Shown here one piece after another: positions 52,210 to 61,817 of a stretch of DNA of 64,000 bases (position 1 is its first letter; each line of letters starts with the position of its first letter). The stretch lies in contig CAKVOU010000006.1 in the NCBI GenBank assembly GCA_934796165.1, forward strand, positions 4,119 through 68,118. Reading direction: 5' to 3'. The position numbers and the translations under genes are program-made. Source of the DNA: an uncultured Eubacteriales bacterium. Lineage in GTDB: Bacteria > Bacillota > Clostridia > Oscillospirales > CAG-272. Below the pieces are notes generated by a model that worked only from the letters and a program-made list of their open reading frames with translations, was not told the origin of the DNA and did not search any database.

Positions 52210-53628
52210 ATGTCTGTTCCGAACACTCATTACGGCGCGGCGGAAGCCGGGCGTATGCTTGCGGGCTGCCGTTCGTTTTATTTCATCGGGATCGGCGGGA
52301 TCAACGTCTCGTCGCTTGCTCTGCTGACCAAAAAGCGGGGCTTTGCCGTCAGCGGCTCCGACCGCCAGATGACCGCGCTGACCGAACATCTGCGTGCCGC
52401 CGGCATCCGGGTCTTTGACACGCACGACGCCTCGCACCTCGACGAGGTACACGTCGACGCGGTAGTCTACACCGTTGCCATTCAAAACGACAATCCGGAG
52501 TATCTGGAAGCCCTCCGGCGGGGGCTTCCGGTGCTTTCCCGTGCGGATTACATGGGGTATCTCATGTCCGCGTACCCCCGGCGGATCGGTATTTCCGGAA
52601 TGCACGGCAAGAGCAGTACCACCTCCATGTGCGCGGAAATTCTCATGGACGCAGGCGTCGACCCGACGGTGCTTTCCGGTGCGGAGATGCGGGCAATGGG
52701 CGGGTCCACCCGTATCGGGGACGGAGAGGATTTTCTGTTTGAAGCCTGCGAGTACATGGATTCGTTTCTCGATTTTTCCCCGAACATCGCCGTGCTTCTC
52801 AACATCGAGATGGATCACGTGGACTATTTTCACGATATGGAGCAGATCCGCACCTCCTTCGGGCGGTTTGCGTCCCTGACGGGCGAGGACGGCTTTGCGG
52901 TCGTGAATGCGGACGACAAAAACGTCATGTCTGCCGTATCGGGATACCGCGGGCACCTTGTGACCTTCGGGCGGACGGAGAACGCGGACTACACCGCCGC
53001 AAACCTGACAATGGAGCGCGGGCGGGCGACGTTTGACATTCTGAAAAGCGGGCGCTTCTTCTGCCATGTGACGCTCCGCGTGCCGGGCGAATTTCAGATC
53101 ATGAACGCGCTTGCCGCGGCTGCGGCGTGCGATCTCTGCCGCATTTCTCCCGAGAAGATCGGGGCGGGACTTTCCTCCTTTCCGGGGGCGCTCCGTCGCA
53201 TGGAGCACAAAGGGACCCTGCACGGTGCGGACGTATACGATGACTACGGGCATCACCCGACCGAGGTGCGCGCCACACTCAGAGGCGCGGGAGAAATGGG
53301 GTTTGAGCGGCTATTCTGCGTATTTCAGTCGCACACATACAGCCGGACGAGGGGGCTGTGGGACGAATTCCTGACTGCCTTTTCTCCCTGTACGCATCTT
53401 CTGATTGCGCCGATCTACGCGGCGCGGGAGACGGACACGCTCGGCGTGACGCCGGAAAAGCTTGCAGATGCGATCAACGAAAAAGAGGGGCGTACCTTTG
53501 CCGGGGCGCCTGGGGACCTTTCCCGGATTGCCGGGTATCTGAACCGGGAGCTGCGCCCGGGGGACGGGCTGATCGTGATGGGAGCGGGGGATATTTACAG
53601 GCTGTTTGATCTGTTGGAGTTTGACTGA
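52210..53628 (+). CDS. murC: UDP-N-acetylmuramate--L-alanine ligase
   Basis: GIGGINVSSLA, GISGMHGKSSTTSM and later Mur-ligase motifs. Start at MSVPNTHY with a GGAGAGG RBS. Confidence 0.95.
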   Translation: MSVPNTHYGAAEAGRMLAGCRSFYFIGIGGINVSSLALLTKKRGFAVSGSDRQMTALTEHLRAAGIRVFDTHDASHLDEVHVDAVVYTVAIQNDNPEYLEALRRGLPVLSRADYMGYLMSAYPRRIGISGMHGKSSTTSMCAEILMDAGVDPTVLSGAEMRAMGGSTRIGDGEDFLFEACEYMDSFLDFSPNIAVLLNIEMDHVDYFHDMEQIRTSFGRFASLTGEDGFAVVNADDKNVMSAVSGYRGHLVTFGRTENADYTAANLTMERGRATFDILKSGRFFCHVTLRVPGEFQIMNALAAAAACDLCRISPEKIGAGLSSFPGALRRMEHKGTLHGADVYDDYGHHPTEVRATLRGAGEMGFERLFCVFQSHTYSRTRGLWDEFLTAFSPCTHLLIAPIYAARETDTLGVTPEKLADAINEKEGRTFAGAPGDLSRIAGYLNRELRPGDGLIVMGAGDIYRLFDLLEFD

Positions 53629-53634
53629 CAAAAA

Positions 53635-53683
53635 GCGCCCCGCCTGCCGGCGGGGCACCCGCAAAGCGGGGATCCGGCGGCGG
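53635..53683 (-). repeat. Dispersed GC-rich palindromic intergenic element, family A, copy 2 (inverted orientation)
   Basis: GCGCCCCGCCTGCCGGCGGGGCACCCGCAAAGCGGGGATCCGGCGGCGG. Confidence 0.85.
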
Positions 53684-53714
53684 GGCGCGGCGATTTACAC
53701 GGACAACGAAAAAA

Positions 53715-53825
53715 GCCGCCGGGGGCGGCGGAAGTCCGCGATTGCGGCTCGGAGATTCCGGGATTTTCTGATTTTTGCGGGGCGGAGAGCCGGCAAACGC
53801 GGGCGGAAGTCGCCCGGGGCGGCGC
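53715..53825. repeat. Family B element, copy 2 (same two core motifs, longer spacer)
   Basis: GGGGGCGGCGGAAGTCCGC at 53721-53739 and CGGGCGGAAGTCGCCC at 53800-53815. Both are identical to the cores at 15337-15355 and 15381-15396. Confidence 0.8.
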
Positions 53826-53893
53826 GGCACTTTCCGGAAACTTCCCCGTACAGAACAGCATTTCCGTGCGCCCCACCGGATACAGGATTATCA

Positions 53894-53940
53894 AAAGAAA
53901 GCATCCAACCGCCCGCTTTGGTTGGATGCTTTCTTTTTTG
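53894..53940. terminator. Bidirectional terminator downstream of sigF (minus) and distal to murC (plus)
   Basis: AAAAGAAAGCATCCAACC-GCCCGCTTT-GGTTGGATGCTTTCTTTTTTG. Confidence 0.8.
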
Positions 53941-54038
53941 AATCTGCCTTCCGCCGTTTCCGGCGCCGCCGAACCTTGTCTCATCCTGCCGTGGCAAGCG
54001 TCGCCGGTACCCGGTCCGGATCGTTCCAGACGCCCGCC

Positions 54039-54905
54039 TTACGCAAGCTCGGCGCGAAGGAACGCCATGATCTTCTTTTCCTCTCGCGACACCTTGACCT
54101 GCGACAACCCGAGATTGTCCGCGACCTCTTGTTGGGTCATGTCGCGGTAATACCGGAGCAGGACGATCTTCTGCCAGAGCGGCTGCATTTTCCCGATCGC
54201 CTGCGAGAGCGCAACACGGTCACAGATACGCTCCATTTCGTTTTCTTCCCCGTCCGTGACGGTCCCCTCCAGCGTCATACCGGATTCCTCGCCGTACACG
54301 GTTTCCGACAGCATGGTCACGGGGGTCAGCGCATCAAGCGCAATTGCCGCGTCCTCGGTGCTCACTCCGGCTCGCGCGGCAAGCTCCGCGATACCGGGTT
54401 CCCTGCCTTCCTCCGACAGGATTTTTGCCCGCTCGCGCATCAGGATCGCACCGGTACGCTTATAGGTACGGCTGACCCGGATGATCCCGTCGTCCCGCAG
54501 ATGGCGGCGGATCTCCCCGATGATGAGCGGAACTGCGTAGGTGGAAAATGCCGTCCCGCGTTCGAGATCAAAGGAACGTACCGCCCGGAGCATGCCGAGC
54601 GTGCCGATCTGGATGAGGTCTTCGTATTCGGTGCCTCTGTCAAGAAATCTTGACGCGACCCGTCGGACAAGTCCCATGTTTTCCGTGATCAGCGTTTCGG
54701 TCGCTCCCTCGTCCCCTTGCTGCGCGGCACGAAGCAATTCGCGGTTACGCGCGATGCGTTCCTTCCCCGGCTCTTCCCGGCCCTCCCCATCGGGGTTGTC
54801 CTGTTCCGGTTCCGCATCCGGGCATTCCGTTTCCGCGTCCTCACTGATTTCGTCGTCCAATGAGGGAATCAGACATCCCGTATTCGTTTTTTCAAGCATG
54901 GTCAT
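54039..54905 (-). CDS. sigF: Sporulation sigma factor SigF with an acidic N-terminal extension
   Basis: Third gene after spoIIAA-spoIIAB. Region 2 DLIQIGTLGMLRAVRSFD...FSTYAVPLIIGEIRRHLRDDG and region 4 LGLSQVKVSREEKKI. Confidence 0.85.
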   Translation of the reverse strand: MTMLEKTNTGCLIPSLDDEISEDAETECPDAEPEQDNPDGEGREEPGKERIARNRELLRAAQQGDEGATETLITENMGLVRRVASRFLDRGTEYEDLIQIGTLGMLRAVRSFDLERGTAFSTYAVPLIIGEIRRHLRDDGIIRVSRTYKRTGAILMRERAKILSEEGREPGIAELAARAGVSTEDAAIALDALTPVTMLSETVYGEESGMTLEGTVTDGEENEMERICDRVALSQAIGKMQPLWQKIVLLRYYRDMTQQEVADNLGLSQVKVSREEKKIMAFLRAELA

Positions 54906-54947
54906 GTGCGCCTCCCGTCCTTTTCCTCAGGATATGTAGAAGCGCAC

Positions 54948-55403
54948 TCAATGTCCGAAGGACTTCTCCGCCAGCTTTTTATACAGGATCACCGTGGTGC
55001 CCTTGCCGACGCGCGAGGTCACGCGTACCCGGTCGCAGAAGCTTTCCATGACGGTAAAGCCCATGCCGCTCCGCTCGCTTTCCGCGTCGGTCGTGAAGAG
55101 CGGCTGACGTGCCAGCTTCACGTCCGGGATGCCGCAGCCGTCGTCGCGGATGAGGATGCGGATCAGTCTGCCCTCGTACAGGCGCACATTGATATGGATC
55201 TTCCCGTGCGTGCCGCGGTATGCGTGTACGATGCAGTTGGTCACCGCCTCGGATACCGCGCACTTGATGTCCGCCAGTTCGGTCGCCGTCGGATCGAGCT
55301 GGGAACAGAATACCGCGACCGTTGCCCGCGCGATTCCCTCATTGACTGAAAGGGACGGCAATTCGAGTTTCAGTTCATTCTCCAATGCTTCCTTGCGTTT
55401 CAA
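54948..55403 (-). CDS. spoIIAB: Anti-sigma F factor (serine kinase)
   Basis: 151 aa. AVSEAVTNCIVHAY (N-box) and ERSGMGFTVME (G-box). 4-nt overlap with spoIIAA. Confidence 0.9.
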   Translation of the reverse strand: MKRKEALENELKLELPSLSVNEGIARATVAVFCSQLDPTATELADIKCAVSEAVTNCIVHAYRGTHGKIHINVRLYEGRLIRILIRDDGCGIPDVKLARQPLFTTDAESERSGMGFTVMESFCDRVRVTSRVGKGTTVILYKKLAEKSFGH

Positions 55404-55744
55404 TTTGCTTTGCCTCCCTTGTCATATTCCATGTGGATCATGCGGTCAAGCCCCGACAGATCAAAGATTTTTTTCACCCGTTGGGACGGGTTCCGCAGAA
55501 TCAGGTCTCCGTTCATTTTGCGGATCAGGGCATATCTGCCCATCACAAGTCCGAGCCCCGAGGAATCCATAAAATCAATGGACCCGAGATCCAGAATCAC
55601 CCGCTTCGGACGGCGGCGGCAAATTTCTTCATCAATCTCCAGTCGCATCTTTCCCGCGTTATGATGGTCAATTTCGCCGGTCAGATACACCGTCAGTACC
55701 TGATCGCCGAATTCGGTTTTCACGCCGTTCCCGGTCAATGGCAT
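55400..55744 (-). CDS. spoIIAA: Anti-sigma F factor antagonist
   Basis: STAS fold with a FMDSSGLGLV phospho-serine motif. Start at MPLTGNG with an AAAGGAAGGAAAC RBS. Confidence 0.85.
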   Translation of the reverse strand: MPLTGNGVKTEFGDQVLTVYLTGEIDHHNAGKMRLEIDEEICRRRPKRVILDLGSIDFMDSSGLGLVMGRYALIRKMNGDLILRNPSQRVKKIFDLSGLDRMIHMEYDKGGKAN

Positions 55745-55882
55745 AGTTTCCTTCCTTTCCGTCATCGGAATCTGTAATTTGCTTCCTGTATTTGTTTTCG
55801 TTCCCATAATACCACGTCTGATGCGCAAAACTTGTCAAACCGTCGTGCGGGTCAAAATTTTTTACTCCGGTTACGAAAGGAC

Positions 55883-55930
55883 GGCAAAAAAAGAAAGCAC
55901 CGGTCACAGTCCGTAACCGTATGCTTTCTT
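55883..55930 (-). terminator. Probable terminator after the TatD-like gene, insulating the spoIIA operon
   Basis: Minus strand: imperfect hairpin AGAAAGCAT.ACGGT...ACCGGTGCTTTCT followed by TTTTTTTG. Confidence 0.55.
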
Positions 55931-56095
55931 TCTGTCGCTGCGGAAATTCCTTCCGGCAAGTGTCTTTTCCCGCCGGACGGGAAACTGAATCCCGACGGCA
56001 TATGCGTATTCTCCGAGCGTCGGAAATGCGTATTCCGGCGTGTCCGGGTCGGCTCCTCCGGCAGTTCCGGCGTTCCGCTCCCCGCATCCCGAAAA

Positions 56096-57121
56096 TCAGC
56101 TCTCTGATAGCCCGAACAGCACTTCTGCGTTCTCTTTGGTGCGTTCAATCAGTTCCGCGACCGTCATTCCGTGCACCCCGGCGAGCACCTCCGCAGTATA
56201 GCGCATCAGTCCCGAATGGTTGATCTCCCCGCGGTGGGGATGGGGCGCAAGATACGGGCAATCGGTCTCGATGAGCAACCGGTCGGCAGGGACACTCGCC
56301 GCAACCTCCCTGACGCGCGAAGCGTTTTTGAAGGTCACAACCCCGGAAAAGGAGATATACCACCCGCGCCGGATCAGCTCCCGCGCCATTTCCGCGCTTC
56401 CGCTGTAGCTGTGGAACACGCCGCGCACCTGCGGATACCGGAGCACGGTCTCAAAGCAGTCCCCGTGCGCCTCGCGGTCGTGGATGATGACGGGTAGCCC
56501 CAACTCCGAAGCAAACGCCATCTGCGCGTCAAAAAAGTCCGCTTGTTTTTTTTTGTCATGCGGCTTCCAATAATAATCCAGCCCGATCTCACCGATCGCC
56601 ACGATCTTGTCTCGCCGCCTGACCTCCGCCGACGAAATCCGCCCGTACAGTGCGGAGAGCGCCGCGTCCGTGTCGGGGTACGCCTCGCAGTCCTCGGGAT
56701 GAATACCGGCGGCGACGTACATTCCGGGATACCGCGCAGCCATCTTCACGCACAGCTCCGTGTTCTCCGGGTTGGTGGCAACGTTGATGATCTTTTCGAC
56801 CTCGCCGCTCTCGAACAGCTTTTCCAGCAGCGCGTCCGCACCGCCGGGAAGCGCGTCAAACTTCTTGTCGTAATAGTGCGCGTGGGAGTCGAACATTCCG
56901 GGTGCCGGGAAATCCGTTTCCGGTTCCGCCCCGGAGGCTTTGCCTGCGTCCGGAGAGACGAATGCAGTCTTGTCCGTCGCGTGTCTCGTGGCAGTATCCC
57001 CGGAGACTTCGCACGTTTCCGGGAAAACAGAAGAAACTTCCGGCACGGAATTTTCCGTTCCGGGATTTTCCGGCAGGGCGCCGTCCGCGCTCCCCGGGTG
57101 CTCCGCGGGAAATGTCTGCAT
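56096..57121 (-). CDS. TatD-family metal-dependent hydrolase with a ~75-aa low-complexity N-terminal extension
   Basis: Core MFDSHAHYYD ... EIGLDYYW ... VIIHDREAH ... FHSYSGS ... ETDCPYL. ATG 57121 overlaps the gpsA stop. The internal Met lacks an RBS. Confidence 0.8.
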   Translation of the reverse strand: MQTFPAEHPGSADGALPENPGTENSVPEVSSVFPETCEVSGDTATRHATDKTAFVSPDAGKASGAEPETDFPAPGMFDSHAHYYDKKFDALPGGADALLEKLFESGEVEKIINVATNPENTELCVKMAARYPGMYVAAGIHPEDCEAYPDTDAALSALYGRISSAEVRRRDKIVAIGEIGLDYYWKPHDKKKQADFFDAQMAFASELGLPVIIHDREAHGDCFETVLRYPQVRGVFHSYSGSAEMARELIRRGWYISFSGVVTFKNASRVREVAASVPADRLLIETDCPYLAPHPHRGEINHSGLMRYTAEVLAGVHGMTVAELIERTKENAEVLFGLSES

Positions 57122-58080
57122 CAGTATTCCACCTTGATGGAACGGCGGAAGAGTTGTGCAATGCTCTCCTTCACATCCGCGCCGTCATAGAGCACGTGGT
57201 AGACCGCCTCGCAGATCGGAAGCTCGACGTGATAGCGCTCCGAAAGCACCATCATCGCCTTTGCCGTATAATAGCCCTCGGCAAGCCCGCCGGCAAATTT
57301 TTCGCCCTTGACATACGCCTCACCGAACGCGCGGTTGTGGCTGTGCGCGGAAAAAACCGTCGCCTCGTAATCGCCGAGGTGGCAGAGCCCGTAGGCGGAC
57401 ATGGGGTTACCTCCCATTGCACCGATCAGGCGGGCAATCTCATGCGCGCCGCGCGCCATGAGTGCGCCCTTGAGCGTGGAAAGTCCCAGTCCGTCGAGGA
57501 AGCCCGCCGCAATGCCGATAACGTTCTTGGACGCCGCGCCGATCTCGCTTCCCACAAGGTCGTTGCCGTAATAGAAGCGGATGAGGTCGCTCGTAAAGCT
57601 GTCCACCAGCCGGCGGGTGACCTCCGGGTCCTCCGAGTCGATGACCATACAGCTCGGATGTCCCGCGTAAAACTCCTGCACGTGCCCGGGACCGACCCAG
57701 ACCGCGATCTTGTTTGAGGGGTCGGTGTTTTCCTTCACGATCTCGGAAAGCCGTCTGCCCGTGGAAATCTCAATTCCCTTCATGCAGAGCACGAACGTCT
57801 TGTTCTGAAGCCCCAGCGGCTTCAGCTCGTTCATCAGCCCCGCAAGCGCCTGCGAGGGGACCGAGATGATAATGACCTCCGCACCCTCCGTGCAATGAAT
57901 GTCGGAAGAAAGCCCGATCGACTCCGGAAGCACCAGAAGATCGTTTCTGCGCTCGCGCACAAATCTCTGATAGCCGGGATCGGATTCCATTCCGTAAAGC
58001 GTCACGTCGTTTCCGATGCGGTCAAGATACCAGGTGATGAGGGATCCCCATCGCCCGCAACCGATTACCGTGATTTTCAT
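57121..58080 (-). CDS. gpsA: NAD(P)H-dependent glycerol-3-phosphate dehydrogenase
   Basis: MKITVIGCGRWGS Rossmann motif. GpsA-like body with GLAEGYYTAKA. Confidence 0.9.
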   Translation of the reverse strand: MKITVIGCGRWGSLITWYLDRIGNDVTLYGMESDPGYQRFVRERRNDLLVLPESIGLSSDIHCTEGAEVIIISVPSQALAGLMNELKPLGLQNKTFVLCMKGIEISTGRRLSEIVKENTDPSNKIAVWVGPGHVQEFYAGHPSCMVIDSEDPEVTRRLVDSFTSDLIRFYYGNDLVGSEIGAASKNVIGIAAGFLDGLGLSTLKGALMARGAHEIARLIGAMGGNPMSAYGLCHLGDYEATVFSAHSHNRAFGEAYVKGEKFAGGLAEGYYTAKAMMVLSERYHVELPICEAVYHVLYDGADVKESIAQLFRRSIKVEY

Positions 58081-58101
58081 ACGATTCCTCCAAAGTGTGA
58101 T

Positions 58102-60231
58102 TCAGTGAATCCGCTCGCCGTTCGGCGTTTCGGGATTCAGGAAAATAACGCGCACCTGCTCCTCGCCGGACGCAAGCAGCATACCGTAGGATTCCACGCC
58201 GCAGAGCGTCGCGGGCTTCAGGTTGGAAACGAGGATGACTTTCTTGCCGATGAGGTCATTTGGCTGATAGAATTTTGCGATACCGGAAACGACCTGCCGC
58301 TCCTCGTCGCCGAGACTGACGCGGAGGCGGAGCAATTTCTTTGCCTTGGGGATCGGCTCGGCGGACAGAATTTCCGCCACGCGTAGCTCCACGTTCAGAA
58401 AATCGTCGATTCCGATCTGCGCGCAGCCCTCGGGCTTGCCGCCGGACTGCTTCGCGGCATTCGCGCCGTCTGCCGGCTCGCCCGCGCCGGACGCACCGCC
58501 CTTGGTATTCTCTGCCGGCTTCTCCGTTTCCGATTTTCCGTCCGCCGCTTTCTCTGTTGCTTTTGCGGCTGCCGCCATTCTTGCCTTGCGGATCTCTTCC
58601 AGTTCCGTGAGCTTCTTCTCCTCGTCAATGCGGGCGAACAGCACGCGGCTGTCGCCGACCGTATCGCCGGGAACAAGGCTGTGGTAGGCGTCCTCCGACA
58701 GGAACCGGTCAAACAGGATGTCGCCGTGCCTGCCCGACTTCACGCTTTCCCCGATTGCGTCAAGCTCCGGCTTTGCCGCAAGCTCCGTGAGGATTTCCTT
58801 CGATGTTTCGGAAAGGAAGGGAGCGAGCAGTACTGCGCCGAAGCGGATCGCGGAAAGAAGCTCGTAGAGCACCGTGCCGAGGCGTGCCTTTTTGCTTTCG
58901 TCCTTGGCAAGCGTCCACGGGGTCGTCTCGTCGATATATTTGTTTGCGCGGCTGAACAGCTCCATGAGCGCCGCCGTCGCGTCCGCGATGTGGTAGCTTT
59001 CCACCGCTTCTTTTACCTTGCCGTAAGCGGTGAAGCAGGCGTTTTTCAGTTCCCCGTCCAGTGCTTCGGGCGCCGTAGGCGCAGCTATGACCTTGTCAAA
59101 GTACTTCTTCTGCATATCCAGCGTTCTCTTGACGAGGTTGCCGAGGTTGTTGACGAGGTCGGTGTTGTAGCGTTTGATGACGTTTTCATAGGTGATGGAA
59201 CCGTCGTTGTTGTAGGGCATCTCGGCAAGTGCGTAGTATCTCACGCCGTCCACGCCGAAATGATCGGCAAGCTCGTCCGCGTAAATGACGTTACCTTTGG
59301 ACTTGGACATCTTGTCCAATCCGAAATTGAACCACGGGTGTCCGAAAATTTTCTTCGGGAGCGGAAGTCCCAGCGCCATGAGGAAGATGGGCCAGTAGAT
59401 GGTGTGGAACCGGAGGATGTCCTTGCCGATGACGTGTACGTCGCAGGGCCAGAATTTCCGGAACTTTTCCGACTGCTCTTCATAGGTCTTGTCGGGGTCG
59501 TAGCCGAGCGCCGTGATATAATTGGACAGCGCGTCGATCCAGACGTAGCAGACGTGCTTCGGGTCGAAGGTCTTGACCCCCCATGTGAAGGTGGAACGCG
59601 AAACGCAGAGATCCTGCAAGCCGCCCTCGGCTTTGAGGAAGTTGTTGAGCATCTCCTTTTTGCGGGATTCCGGCTGAATAAAGCCGGGATGGGTCTCGAT
59701 GTGCTCGATGAGGCGGTCCGCATACTTGCTCATCTTAAAGAAATACGCTTCCTCGCGCGCCTGCTCGACGGGCGCGCCGCAGTCGGGGCACTTGCCGTCC
59801 GTGACCTGCGTGGCGGTGAAGAAGGACTCGCAGGGCTTGCAGTACCAACCCTCGTAGTGTCCCTTGTAAATATCGCCCTGATCGTAAAACCGTTTGAACA
59901 TCTTGCTGACCGCCGCCTCGTGGTACGGATCGGTCGTGCGGATGAAGTGATCGTAGCTTGTATTCATGCGGTCCCACACGCCGCGGATCTCGGCGACCAC
60001 GCGGTCCACGTATTCCTTGGGCGTGATTCCCGCGGCGCGGGCAAGGTCCTCGACCTTCTGTCCGTGCTCGTCGGTACCGGTGCCGAATTCGACGTCAAAG
60101 CCCTCCGACCGCCGGAACCTTGCGACCGCGTCGGACATGATGACCTCGTAGGTGTTGCCGAAATGCGGCTTTCTGGACGCGTAAGGAATCGCTGTTGTGA
60201 TATAAAATGCTTTCTGTTCCATGTTCATCAA
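58102..60231 (-). CDS. metG: Methionine--tRNA ligase with a C-terminal EMAP-type tRNA-binding domain and a low-complexity linker
   Basis: AIPYASRKPHFGNTYE (HIGH-like), CPDCG zinc knuckle, KMSKSKGN, and C-terminal LRVAEILSAEPIPKAKKLLRLRV. Three ATGs lie within 12 nt, so the exact start is uncertain. Confidence 0.95.
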   Translation of the reverse strand: MMNMEQKAFYITTAIPYASRKPHFGNTYEVIMSDAVARFRRSEGFDVEFGTGTDEHGQKVEDLARAAGITPKEYVDRVVAEIRGVWDRMNTSYDHFIRTTDPYHEAAVSKMFKRFYDQGDIYKGHYEGWYCKPCESFFTATQVTDGKCPDCGAPVEQAREEAYFFKMSKYADRLIEHIETHPGFIQPESRKKEMLNNFLKAEGGLQDLCVSRSTFTWGVKTFDPKHVCYVWIDALSNYITALGYDPDKTYEEQSEKFRKFWPCDVHVIGKDILRFHTIYWPIFLMALGLPLPKKIFGHPWFNFGLDKMSKSKGNVIYADELADHFGVDGVRYYALAEMPYNNDGSITYENVIKRYNTDLVNNLGNLVKRTLDMQKKYFDKVIAAPTAPEALDGELKNACFTAYGKVKEAVESYHIADATAALMELFSRANKYIDETTPWTLAKDESKKARLGTVLYELLSAIRFGAVLLAPFLSETSKEILTELAAKPELDAIGESVKSGRHGDILFDRFLSEDAYHSLVPGDTVGDSRVLFARIDEEKKLTELEEIRKARMAAAAKATEKAADGKSETEKPAENTKGGASGAGEPADGANAAKQSGGKPEGCAQIGIDDFLNVELRVAEILSAEPIPKAKKLLRLRVSLGDEERQVVSGIAKFYQPNDLIGKKVILVSNLKPATLCGVESYGMLLASGEEQVRVIFLNPETPNGERIH

Positions 60232-60309
60232 CCTTTCTGCCGCCGGGCAAATGAGCCGCGTGCGGGTTGTGTCAAGTTATTTTGGGGAAGATCTCGCGGA
60301 CGTATCCCG

Positions 60310-61473
60310 TCAGAACTCCGGGAATCTCCGCTCTCCGCCGAGCCAGACCTCGCGCATAGCAAGCGTGTCGGGATCGACCAGAAGGAAATCCGCATATTTG
60401 CCGACCGCGACCGAGCCGAGCCGGCGGAAAACGCCGATCTCCTTTGCGGGCGTTGCCGTTGCGTAATACAGCGCTTTCCCGAAGGAAATGTCCGCAAAGC
60501 GCATAAGATTCTTCACGCCGTCAAAGAGCGACAGCGTGCTTCCCGCGATCGCACCGTCGTGCGTCAGCGCCTTGCCGTTCTTCACGGTGACGGGCATGCC
60601 CGCGATGGAATACTCCCCGTCGGGACAGCCGGTCGCCTCCATGGAGTCGGTAATCAGCGTCAGGCGGTCGGGGGAGGTCAGCCGCTCGGTCATCTTCACC
60701 ACGGGGGGCGAGATGTGGAAGCCGTCCACGATCAGCTCGCAGAACACGTTTCCCGTCATTGCGGCAACCGCCGCGCCGCCCTCTCTGTGGTGGATCGGGG
60801 GCATGCAGTTATACAGGTGTGTAACCGCCGTCGCGCCGCGCGAAAAGGCAAGGCTCGCCTCGTCATAGGTCGCGGCGGTGTGCCCGAGCGAGAGCGTCGC
60901 GCCAAAGTCCAGTGCAGCTTTTGCAAACGAGCCGTCGGTGTCAAGCTCCAGCGCCGCACTGATGTGGCACGGAAGCCCCATGCGCTCCATCAGCCCGCGC
61001 AGTTCTTCCGCGTCCGGCTTGACCAGAAGTTCCGGCGCGTGGGCACCTCTCTTGGCGGGATTCAGGTATCTTCCCTCCAGATGCGTGCCGACAAACCGCG
61101 CACCGCCGGTATGCTCCCGTACCCGGTTGACCCGGTCGCAGGCGGCGTACAGTCCCTCAAGCGGGGCGGACGCAAAGGTCGGCATGACGCTCGTCACACC
61201 GGAGGCAAGATAGGACTTTGCCATCTCGGTGAGTTTGTCCTCGTCCGCAGAGACAAAGTCGCCGCCGGCGCGCCCGTGGGTATGCACATCCACAAGACCC
61301 GGCACAAGGTAAGCGCCGTGCGCGTCCACCGACTTGTCCGCGGATGCCGCACTCCCGGCAACCGGCATACGGAACACCTTGCAAAAAACGCCGTTCTCCG
61401 CAAGAATTCCGCCGTCCGTAAAGGCGCGGCGGGCGGTATCGTAAACTTTTGCGTTGTAAATCAGGGTTTTCAT
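60310..61473 (-). CDS. nagA: N-acetylglucosamine-6-phosphate deacetylase
   Basis: PGLVDVHTHG, GTHLEGRYLNP, SLGHTAATY, THLYNCM and LITDSM motifs. Start at MKTLIYNAKVY with a GAAAGGAAG RBS. Confidence 0.9.
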   Translation of the reverse strand: MKTLIYNAKVYDTARRAFTDGGILAENGVFCKVFRMPVAGSAASADKSVDAHGAYLVPGLVDVHTHGRAGGDFVSADEDKLTEMAKSYLASGVTSVMPTFASAPLEGLYAACDRVNRVREHTGGARFVGTHLEGRYLNPAKRGAHAPELLVKPDAEELRGLMERMGLPCHISAALELDTDGSFAKAALDFGATLSLGHTAATYDEASLAFSRGATAVTHLYNCMPPIHHREGGAAVAAMTGNVFCELIVDGFHISPPVVKMTERLTSPDRLTLITDSMEATGCPDGEYSIAGMPVTVKNGKALTHDGAIAGSTLSLFDGVKNLMRFADISFGKALYYATATPAKEIGVFRRLGSVAVGKYADFLLVDPDTLAMREVWLGGERRFPEF

Positions 61474-61521
61474 CTGAAATCGCTTCCTTTCTGAAAACAC
61501 ATCAAAAGCCGGATGAGCCGG

Positions 61522-61617
61522 GAAAGACGACAGGGCTTCCCGCAATCGGGAAATGCGGCTATGCTTCCCGTGATTCCGGAAAACACGACAGGGTTTCCTC
61601 GATCCGGGAAAGGCGCG
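61522..61617. repeat. Three imperfect TTCCCG-N4-6-CGGGAA hairpin-like motifs upstream of nagA, two of them within a ~57-bp direct repeat
   Basis: GAAAGACGACAGGGCTTCCCGCAATCGGGAAATG, CTTCCCGTGATTCCGGAAAA and ACACGACAGGGTTTCCTCGATCCGGGAAAGG. Confidence 0.6.
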
Positions 61618-61817
61618 GGCGGCGCGTTCCGGCGCGAAAGGGCGGCTTGCCAGTTTCCGGCTGACCCGGTTCCGGAGAAAAAACTGCCGCTATCTTTTTT
61701 ATTATAGCAAACCGCGCGGGTTTTTACAAGGGATTTCCGCAATTTTCCGCGCGTTGCCGCATGAAACCGGAACAGACGGAGAAAATAAAGACAAAAGGTC
61801 TTGGGGGAGGTCACGGT

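Noticed and set aside
55745-55883. Attempt to call a sigma-H promoter or Spo0A boxes upstream of spoIIAA
   Set aside because: I found only weak partial matches. These are AGGAAG...CGAT close to the RBS, and a TTGACA/TATTAT pair with a 21-nt spacer. No TGNCGAA box is present. I cannot support a call from sequence alone.
58681-61494. 937-aa plus-strand ORF spanning metG and nagA; similar long ORFs at 41051-43120, 43044-45002, 38548-40314, 33258-34541 and 52177-53256
   Set aside because: They run antisense to confidently identified genes (metG, nagA, the lipoproteins, the LRR protein, malic enzyme, murC). They cross intergenic boundaries and have an implausible composition.
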